Assembly (NCBI RefSeq): GCF_014384905.1
Contig: NZ_JACRSV010000002.1
Coordinates: forward strand, 585,882 to 649,881
Origin: Fumia xinanensis
Lineage (GTDB): Bacteria; Bacillota; Clostridia; Oscillospirales; Ruminococcaceae
Reading direction: 5' to 3'
Length of the DNA stretch: 64,000 nt
Positions 57,744 through 64,000 of this stretch are shown here, piece by piece; position 1 is the stretch's first letter, and each line of letters starts with the position of its first letter. The translations under genes were made by a program, and so were the position numbers. The notes below the pieces were generated by a model. The model did not search any database. It saw only the letters and a list, made by a program, of their open reading frames with translations, and was not told the origin of the DNA.

Positions 57744-59570
57744 TCAGCCCCCTAAGATTTCATCCAGAAGACCGTCGGTTTCTTTTTCGATAGCACGAAT
57801 ATCCCTTGCAATTTCTTCTAACGTACGCAACTGAATCGGTTTATAGAAATACTTCGTAAAGGAAAGCTCATAGCCCACTTTCTCTGTACCCGGTTTAATA
57901 AACACATCAGGGGCATACGGTTTCACTTCTTTTTCGATAAATGCTTCGATACCACCTTTATAGGTAAACGGTACGATTTCTTTATCAGAGTTCGGCTTTA
58001 TAGGCTTGCCCTTCTTATCCAGAATAGGCTGACCGTTTTCATCATACTGCGGTGTGTAGACCGGAATTTCCCAATATCCAAATTCAGAATTATTAAACAC
58101 CTTGCTGTAACGTTCATCTGCTTGGTCAAATGCCATGTACAATTCCAGAATATAATCTCTAATATCCTTATCGATTTCACAGTTCTTTTCTCCAAGGTTC
58201 TTGCGAAGAGGTTTTTTGAAGGAAGTAGCATCAATGAGTTGTACCTTTCCTTTGCGGCGTTTCTCCTTCTTGTTGGCAAGAATCCAGATGTAGGTACCAA
58301 TTCCTGTGTTGTAGAACATTTTTTCAGGAACTGCGACAATGGCTTCCAGCAAATCCTGCTCCAGAACATACTGACGCAGATTGGAGGGACCCTGACCTGC
58401 TTTGCCGGTAAACAGAGAAGATCCGTTGTGTACCTCCACAATACGACTGCCAAGAGCAGTATTCTTCTTCATCTTGCTAATGTTATTGGCAAGGAACAAC
58501 ATCTGCGGATCACCAATGTCCGGAATCAGAGAGAAATCTTCATCCTTATAGTTCACACGGAAACGGGTGTCGGTAATCTCATCCTTCTTAATGTCGCCCC
58601 ATGCCTTCAGATCTGTTTTCCAAGGTGTGCCGAAAGGCGGGTTGGAAAGCATAAAGTCAAAGGTTTCTCCAGCGAATCCATCATTGGAAATGGTGGAGCC
58701 AAAGAAAATGTTGTTTGCCTGTACGCCTTCGCCCTTAACCAGCATGTCACTGCGAGCGATAGCATAGGTTTCGTCGGAGTTCTCCTGGCCGTACAAATGG
58801 ATCGAAACATTCTTTCCGAATTCCTTAGCCACTTCTTGCATTCGACCTTCGGCAACCGTCAGCATACCGCCTGTGCCACAGGCTCCGTCATAGATACGGT
58901 AAGTTGTACTCTGAATTTTGTCTTTCACGGGCACAAACGCCAGATCAGTAATCAGCTCCACGATGTCACGAGGGGTAAAGTGACGTCCTGCATCAGTAAT
59001 GTTGGTTTCCTCATTAAACTTACGGATGACCTCTTCAAACACTGTTCCCATAGTGTGATTGTCCAGTGCGGGCTGCACAAGATTACCCTTGGCATCATAA
59101 ATCGGGCGATTAGACAGGTTCACAGAGGAATCCGTAAACTTGCTGATCAGCAGGCCCAGAATGTCATGCTCAGAGAGTTTGTCAATCTGATTTCTGAATT
59201 CAAAGCGCTTGATAATATCCTGCACATTCTGAGAAAAACCGTTCAGGTAAAGGATAAAGTCGGATTTCAGCTGTTGCTGATTAGTACGGGATTTCAGATC
59301 TGACAGGGTATAGGGGGAACTATTACAAAAAGCTTCTCCCGCTACGCTGCACAGGGCTTCGTCCTGATCGGTAATACCAGCAGCATCCAGCTGCTCCTTC
59401 ATTTTCAAAACTTTCTCCTTAGTGGGTTCCAAAACCGCATCAAAACGGCGGATAACCATCATAGGCAGAATAATCTTTCTGTAGTCGCCTACATCATATG
59501 TATCTACGAGACAGTCATTTGCGATTCCAAACAAAAAGGAAACGATCTGACCAAAGTTTGCTTTTTCCAT
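57744..59570 (-). CDS. hsdM: Type I restriction-modification N6-adenine DNA methyltransferase subunit (HsdM)
   Basis: The NPPF motif in LSNPPFGTPWK, an AdoMet-binding region (YDGACGTGGML), and an HsdM-type N-terminal domain. Confidence 0.8.
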   Translation of the reverse strand: MEKANFGQIVSFLFGIANDCLVDTYDVGDYRKIILPMMVIRRFDAVLEPTKEKVLKMKEQLDAAGITDQDEALCSVAGEAFCNSSPYTLSDLKSRTNQQQLKSDFILYLNGFSQNVQDIIKRFEFRNQIDKLSEHDILGLLISKFTDSSVNLSNRPIYDAKGNLVQPALDNHTMGTVFEEVIRKFNEETNITDAGRHFTPRDIVELITDLAFVPVKDKIQSTTYRIYDGACGTGGMLTVAEGRMQEVAKEFGKNVSIHLYGQENSDETYAIARSDMLVKGEGVQANNIFFGSTISNDGFAGETFDFMLSNPPFGTPWKTDLKAWGDIKKDEITDTRFRVNYKDEDFSLIPDIGDPQMLFLANNISKMKKNTALGSRIVEVHNGSSLFTGKAGQGPSNLRQYVLEQDLLEAIVAVPEKMFYNTGIGTYIWILANKKEKRRKGKVQLIDATSFKKPLRKNLGEKNCEIDKDIRDYILELYMAFDQADERYSKVFNNSEFGYWEIPVYTPQYDENGQPILDKKGKPIKPNSDKEIVPFTYKGGIEAFIEKEVKPYAPDVFIKPGTEKVGYELSFTKYFYKPIQLRTLEEIARDIRAIEKETDGLLDEILGG

Positions 59571-59785
59571 TATTGTTCTGTCCTTTCATTCGTAAGTTCC
59601 ATAATATCGGAGATGTCGCACTTCAGAGTGTTGCAGATTTTCACAAGCACCTCAGTGTTGACATTTTCATTCTTACCAAGTTTCGCAAGTGCTGCGGTTG
59701 TAATTCCAGCTTCTTTACGAAGCATCGTTTTCGTCATATCCATGTCAATCAACAGTTTCCAGAGCTTCTTATAGGATACAGCCAT
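59570..59785 (-). CDS. Small XRE/Cro-type HTH regulator, first gene of the hsdMSR operon (paralog of 53050..53262)
   Basis: MAVSYKKLWKLLIDMDMTKTMLRKEAGI...KICNTLKCDISDIMEL; the stop overlaps the hsdM start codon. Confidence 0.55.
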   Translation of the reverse strand: MAVSYKKLWKLLIDMDMTKTMLRKEAGITTAALAKLGKNENVNTEVLVKICNTLKCDISDIMELTNERTEQ

Positions 59786-59988
59786 GCTTATCTCCCTTCC
59801 TATATAAATCAAATATCTAAAAATTAGATTTCTGGTTCAATTATATAACAAGATATCAAGAAATGAAAGTGGCGAAGCAGTCTTTTGAAAAATTTCTCAA
59901 AAAATGTGGTTGACTTTCTCGGCACCACTGCGTATAATAGTGTTAGGAATTAGCGAACACGCTTATTCCTGTCAAGGAGGAAAGGACT

Positions 59989-60366
59989 ATGAACGGCAAG
60001 TTCGGAGAATTCATCGCTGAAAAGCGAAAATCCCGTGGACTGACACTACGTGGACTGGCTGCCGAATTAGGGATTGTACCGGCATACATGAGCGACATTG
60101 AAAAGGGGAATCGCTATCCCCCTGACAAAGACAAGCTGTATGAATTGGCCCGTATTCTGTGCCTGTCCGAAGAAGAAACCAACACCATGTTTGATCTGGC
60201 CGCAGGCGAAAAGGAGAATACGGTATCTCCTGATCTGCCGGAGTACATCATGGGGAATGAGCATGTCCGTGTTGCGCTTCGTATGGCACGTGACAACAAT
60301 GCCTCCAGTGAAGTATGGCAGAAGGTCATTGAGATGATGGAGGAACAAGAGCGAGGTAAGAAATAA
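59989..60366 (+). CDS. XRE-family HTH transcriptional regulator (ImmR/CapH-like)
   Basis: HTH segment RKSRGLTLRGLAAELGIVPAYMSDIEKGNRYP; it is divergent from the hsdM operon and followed by a metallopeptidase gene. Confidence 0.6.
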   Translation: MNGKFGEFIAEKRKSRGLTLRGLAAELGIVPAYMSDIEKGNRYPPDKDKLYELARILCLSEEETNTMFDLAAGEKENTVSPDLPEYIMGNEHVRVALRMARDNNASSEVWQKVIEMMEEQERGKK

Positions 60367-60368
60367 GC

Positions 60369-61067
60369 GTGATCCATTACAACTATTCTGCGCATCAGTT
60401 GGAAAAAGAGGCGGAAAAGCTTCTGAACCAATTTGACCCTGAACGACTAAAAAAGCCGAAGCCCATCGACGTCTACGCCGTCATTGAAAAGTGCTTGGGT
60501 GTTGACTATGACTGGAAGTATATCACCCCAGATCAGTCTATTCTCGGCGCAACCGCCTTCAATGCTGGCTATGTGTGGGTGTGGCCCGAACCCTGTTATC
60601 GAGAGGGCATGCTTCCTTCAAAGGTTTATCTTTCCAAGGGGAGTATTCTCATTGATGCAACGCTGACTGAGGGGGATAATAGAGGGCGTGAAAACTTCAC
60701 TGTGATGCACGAAGTGTTTCACCAAGTTCTGCACAAGAACTGTTTCCGTCGTGAAACGCCCGACTATATTCACAGCACGACGCAAATAGCCTTGAATGGG
60801 AAGAAAAGTCTGAAAACGTCGCTGGATTTCATCGAGTATCAGGCGAATGCGTGTGCAGCGGCGTTCTTGATGCCGCAGAATGTGGTTCGAGACGAGTTCA
60901 AAAAGCGAAGCAGCAACTTAGGCGCAAAATACCCCCTTCCGTGCGACTGCATGGTAGAGAGCATTATCTATGACATGGCGGATGAATTCAGCGTATCTAA
61001 ACAGGCTATGCGCTATCGCTTGAACTCGCTGAAGATGATCACATTTGATGCCCCCCTATTCAACTAA
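60369..61067 (+). CDS. ImmA/IrrE-family metallopeptidase (HEXXH; ImmA/CapP-like)
   Basis: HEVFH zinc-binding motif in a DUF955-like context; translationally coupled to the upstream XRE gene. Confidence 0.6.
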   Translation: MIHYNYSAHQLEKEAEKLLNQFDPERLKKPKPIDVYAVIEKCLGVDYDWKYITPDQSILGATAFNAGYVWVWPEPCYREGMLPSKVYLSKGSILIDATLTEGDNRGRENFTVMHEVFHQVLHKNCFRRETPDYIHSTTQIALNGKKSLKTSLDFIEYQANACAAAFLMPQNVVRDEFKKRSSNLGAKYPLPCDCMVESIIYDMADEFSVSKQAMRYRLNSLKMITFDAPLFN

Positions 61068-61285
61068 AAATCTCAATTTAAGGGAATCTTCCGATTCCCT
61101 TAAATGCAAGCCGAGTGTTAGAAAGAAGCGAACAGGCGAATATGCGAACATTAAAGGAGGTGATGCCTTATGCGCAAATAAAAAGAGCGGCAATCTGCTG
61201 CAACAGATTAACCGCTCATTCAAGATGTACACGTTACTAAAATATCACGACTGGCTTGTTCCGTCAAGCCGAAAGGAGTCAAATT

Positions 61286-61501
61286 ATGTATAAACACTAC
61301 TATATCAACAACAATCAGACCTTGAATCCTGGACATCATCATGAAGTCCACACCAAGGAGCACGCAGCTCAGCTTGGCATCCGCAGCACGCAGTATGTTG
61401 GCTATTTTGCAAGCGAAGTGGAAGCTGTTGCTCAGGCAAAGAAAACCTATTTTGATGCGGACGGCTGTGCAACCTGCTGTCCGAAAGCACACAGGGGGTA
61501 A
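61286..61501 (+). CDS. Small His/Cys-containing hypothetical protein
   Basis: MYKHYYINNNQTLNPGHHHEVHTKEH...CATCCPKAH; AAAGGAG RBS. Confidence 0.35.
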   Translation: MYKHYYINNNQTLNPGHHHEVHTKEHAAQLGIRSTQYVGYFASEVEAVAQAKKTYFDADGCATCCPKAHRG

Positions 61502-61506
61502 TTAAT

Positions 61507-61734
61507 ATGGCACGTTCTTCTCATCATGTTGTTCACAATTCCAACGGAGGTTGGGATGTTAAGCGTAGCGGCGCTCAGCGCTCCAGCGGCCATTTTACAA
61601 CCAAGGAACAGGCCGTAAACGCAGGAAGACAAATCAGCCGAAATCAGGGCACCGAATTCGTTGTTCATGGTATGAACGGACGCATCCAGTCCGCAGACAG
61701 CCATGGGAACGATCCTTGCCCGCCGAAGGGTTAA
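61507..61734 (+). CDS. DUF2188-like small protein
   Basis: HVVHNSNGGWDVKRSGAQRSSGHFTTKEQAVNAGRQI...VVHGMNGRIQ pattern. Confidence 0.4.
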   Translation: MARSSHHVVHNSNGGWDVKRSGAQRSSGHFTTKEQAVNAGRQISRNQGTEFVVHGMNGRIQSADSHGNDPCPPKG

Positions 61735-61752
61735 TTTAGGGAGGTGAATATC

Positions 61753-61878
61753 ATGTCTGTACATCATGGTGGTAAGGTTGGTAAAGCCGGTAAGACCTTG
61801 GCGTCTAAAAGTTCTTCTAAGTCTGCGAAGAGCAAAGCCGGGAAGACTCTGGCCAACCACAAAGCGAAAGCGCATTAA
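61753..61878 (+). CDS. Lys-rich 41-aa peptide (MSVHHGGKVGKAGKTLASKSSSKSAKSKAGKTLANHKAKAH)
   Basis: A strong GGGAGGTG RBS sits 8 nt upstream, and a strong terminator follows immediately. It is absent from the ORF track because it is shorter than 60 aa. Confidence 0.4.
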   Translation: MSVHHGGKVGKAGKTLASKSSSKSAKSKAGKTLANHKAKAH

Positions 61879-61916
61879 AGGACAGGTGCCTATGCTGCCG
61901 CATAGGCACCTGTTTT
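61879..61916 (+). terminator. Rho-independent terminator
   Basis: caggtgcctatg-ctgc-cgcataggcacctg followed by tttt. Confidence 0.75.
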
Positions 61917-61929
61917 ATGTGATGCAGAT

Positions 61930-62193
61930 TTATTCTTCCATGACCTCTAACATCATTCGTGCGCCTAACTTAAAGCCATTCTGAAAGATCAAACAGTCTG
62001 TATTGGTTTGATGCTCTCGCACACAATCTGTGTATTTATCAAACAGTTCTTTCTGTTCGTCCGTCATAGTGGCTTTGAGTTTTTCTTCGTTCCTGCAAAT
62101 CAGCTCCAACAGTTTCTTGTATTCTTTGCAAGAGGATGTGTCATACTCTGTTGGCTCGATATTACCATGCCAAAATTCTTCAAGGATTCTCAT
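61930..62193 (-). CDS. Small hypothetical protein (partner of TnpV-like gene)
   Basis: An 87-aa ORF whose start overlaps the stop of the upstream TnpV-like gene. Confidence 0.35.
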   Translation of the reverse strand: MRILEEFWHGNIEPTEYDTSSCKEYKKLLELICRNEEKLKATMTDEQKELFDKYTDCVREHQTNTDCLIFQNGFKLGARMMLEVMEE

Positions 62194-62567
62194 ACTGCAT
62201 CCTCCTCGTAGATCATCTCACGCAGAACAATTTCCTCGGCTCGGTTGCGGATGCTGTTCATAGCTCCAACCCACGCCATCTGATCATGCTGCTTCGTGCT
62301 CTCTGTCACGCCCTCAGCGGCTTTCATTTGCTCAATGATGAGTTCAAGACGGCTCTGTGCCTGCTCGTTTAAATCAGCCAGATAAGACCACAGCTCACCG
62401 TTAAGACACAGAGCGTTGAAACGGATAGGATTATGCTCCTTGATATAATCTCTGTGCATACGCCCCCAACGACCAATAGGTCTGGTTTCCTCTGGTAAGC
62501 GAATATCAGGAATATAGTAATCGCCACAGCGAATGTAGTTTAGTTCTTGCATCATATGTACCTCCAA
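62190..62567 (-). CDS. TnpV-like transposon-encoded small protein
   Basis: The YIRCGDYYIPDIRLPEE...GRWGRMHRDYIKEH...QMAWVGAMNSIRNRAEEIV pattern resembles the recalled Clostridial TnpV proteins (YTQVGDYLLPxLxLPEE...NNIRNRAxEIV). Confidence 0.45.
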   Translation of the reverse strand: MEVHMMQELNYIRCGDYYIPDIRLPEETRPIGRWGRMHRDYIKEHNPIRFNALCLNGELWSYLADLNEQAQSRLELIIEQMKAAEGVTESTKQHDQMAWVGAMNSIRNRAEEIVLREMIYEEDAV

Positions 62568-62595
62568 TAAGATTCAAACATTCTGTTAAAGATAG

Positions 62596-62633
62596 AAAAA
62601 GGCGATACTTGGTTGTGAAAACCAAGTATCGCC
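62596..62633 (-). terminator. Rho-independent terminator of the chromosomal MATE gene; it marks the approximate right end of the mobile element
   Basis: The hairpin ggcgatacttggtt-gtgaaa-accaagtatcgcc is followed by a T-run on the minus strand. Confidence 0.55.
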
Positions 62634-62784
62634 AATTCTTCTTGTCGCACTCCTGTACGGCAGCTACCCTATGTCAGTAATGTTCTCATACTGTCTTATT
62701 GGAAACTACCTTTCGGCGTCTTTTTTTATAAAGGGAACCTGCCGGTTTTCTTCAAACGATGAATGCTGAGTTTTGTGACGCAGT

Positions 62785-64000
62785 TTATAGATAGTGGTAG
62801 AAGCGGCGGTATTTGGCAAAGCAGAACACCGTTACGGCCAGGGCGAGAATTTCCGCCGCCGGAGCTGCCAGCCAGACGCCGTCGGCACCGAACAGGGCAG
62901 TCATTCCAAGGGTGCAGACGACTAAGAACAGGAAGGTCCTTAAGAAGGAGAGGATGGCGGAGGTTTTCCCGTCGGAAAAGGCGGTGAACATAGCGGAGGC
63001 AAAGATGTTGTAACCTTTGAAAAGGTAGCTCACCGCATAGATGAGAAGCCCGTGGACGGCGAACCGGTACACGTCGGTGCCGGGCTTGGCGAACACGGCG
63101 GAAAGCGGGCCGGGGAAGAGAAGCGCCCCCGCCGTCATCAGCACTGAGAAGCCGGTGAGGAGCATCATGCTCATCCGAAACAGCTTTTTGAGTTTTTCGT
63201 TGTCTTGGGCGCCGTAATTATAGCTGATAAGAGGGGCCACGCCCATGGAATACCCCAGGTTGACTGAAACCAGCAGGAAGTCAAGATACATGACGATGGT
63301 GATGGCAGCCACGCCGTCCTGCCCCAGGGTTCTCATCATGATGATGTTGAACAGGAAGGTGGTGACGCTCATGGCAAGGTTGCTGACCATCTCCGACGAA
63401 CCGTTGGTGATGCTGTGGAGGAGGGAGCGCCAGTCGGCCAGAGGCTTTACAAAACAGATTCCCCCGCGCCTGACGGAAAAGTAAATAAGCCCCGCCACGG
63501 TGGGAACGCAGTAGCCGATGCCGGTAGCCAGGGCTGCTCCGGCAACGCCCATGCCCATGGGAACAATAAACACGTAGTCGAGGATCATGTTGGTGATGCC
63601 TCCTGCCAAAGAGGTGATCAGTCCCAGGCCGGGGCGGCCGTCGGCGACCATCATGTTCTGGAACAGGAGCTGGAGAATGCTGAAGGGGAAAAAGCCCAGA
63701 ATGGTCAAGGCGTAATCCCGGCAATAATCGAAGAGGGCGTCGTTGGAGCCTAAAAGCCTGATAATTCCGTCCAGGCCAAAGAAGGATACCGCTGTCAGCA
63801 CCACGCCGAAGAGGGCGGCGCAGAGCGAGACAAAGGAAAAGACCCGGCAGGCTTCCTCCCGTCTGCCTTCGCCCACTTTTCGGGCCACGATGGCGGTGAG
63901 CCCGGTGCTGAACATAAGCCCGATGGCGTAGACCACGTTGATGACCGGATAGACGATGTTCACCGCCGACAAGGCATCGGTATTGACGAAATTCGACACG
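62785..64000 (-). CDS. MATE family efflux transporter (5' end beyond window)
   Basis: Multiple TM segments and MATE-like repeats; the frame is open to the window edge. Confidence 0.6.
   Translation of the reverse strand, partial: VSNFVNTDALSAVNIVYPVINVVYAIGLMFSTGLTAIVARKVGEGRREEACRVFSFVSLCAALFGVVLTAVSFFGLDGIIRLLGSNDALFDYCRDYALTILGFFPFSILQLLFQNMMVADGRPGLGLITSLAGGITNMILDYVFIVPMGMGVAGAALATGIGYCVPTVAGLIYFSVRRGGICFVKPLADWRSLLHSITNGSSEMVSNLAMSVTTFLFNIIMMRTLGQDGVAAITIVMYLDFLLVSVNLGYSMGVAPLISYNYGAQDNEKLKKLFRMSMMLLTGFSVLMTAGALLFPGPLSAVFAKPGTDVYRFAVHGLLIYAVSYLFKGYNIFASAMFTAFSDGKTSAILSFLRTFLFLVVCTLGMTALFGADGVWLAAPAAEILALAVTVFCFAKYRRFYHYL

Noticed and set aside
54708-59303. Plus-strand ORFs (54708..55652, 58122..59303) within hsdR and hsdM
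   Set aside because: They are antisense to well-supported Type I R-M genes.

Overview
This window looks like a Firmicutes/Clostridia chromosome segment (Oscillospiraceae-like by composition, which is inference only). It is mostly high-GC with several visibly AT-richer islets.

The left ~39 kb carries core and accessory chromosomal genes:
- a c-di-GMP/phosphorelay cluster (Cache-TM-REC sensor, REC-HD-GYP-GGDEF regulator, Hpt protein, J-domain protein);
- a DUF2961/GH172-like hydrolase;
- a giant (~2,170 aa) secreted GH20 hexosaminidase-like surface protein with tandem repeat modules;
- M18 aminopeptidase, a CoaE-lytic transglycosylase fusion, Sua5/TsaC, RF1 (prfA), DUF951;
- two tandem secreted DUF885 paralogs, a MATE exporter, several hypothetical genes, and an NfeD-flotillin operon;
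- a GNAT acetyltransferase, a thioredoxin-reductase-like flavoprotein lacking CxxC, and a PAS/GAF-GGDEF-EAL protein.

The most unusual chromosomal feature is an expanded family of small (~160 aa) proteins I read as SLOG-fold (YpsA/DUF1273-like). There are three intact copies plus one truncated fragment. Each copy sits divergently from its own small XRE-type HTH gene, with palindromic operators in the shared intergenic regions. One locus carries a tandemly duplicated HTH gene, and another shows an RHH gene displacing a copy.

The right ~23 kb (about 39.75-62.6 kb) is a composite integrative mobilizable element. Its large serine recombinase gene is split into an N-terminal catalytic fragment (47966..48382) and a C-terminal fragment (39892..41238). 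The split is caused by a nested ~6.8 kb element that has its own intact serine recombinase, a MobV relaxase, RepA_N, a Cys-rich VLP-like gene, a SUKH-like gene and an XRE gene.

The outer element carries a MobC/relaxase mobilization module with a candidate oriT, and a defense island. The island holds a DUF4263/Shedu-like gene, a HEPN-like (RNxxxH) gene and a complete Type I R-M system (hsdM-hsdS-hsdR). Each module is preceded by a paralogous small HTH gene. A divergent XRE + ImmA/IrrE-like pair, a TnpV-like gene and small-protein genes complete the element.

Intergenic regions contain numerous intrinsic terminators, and a striking array of GC-rich hairpin repeats lies downstream of the flotillin operon.
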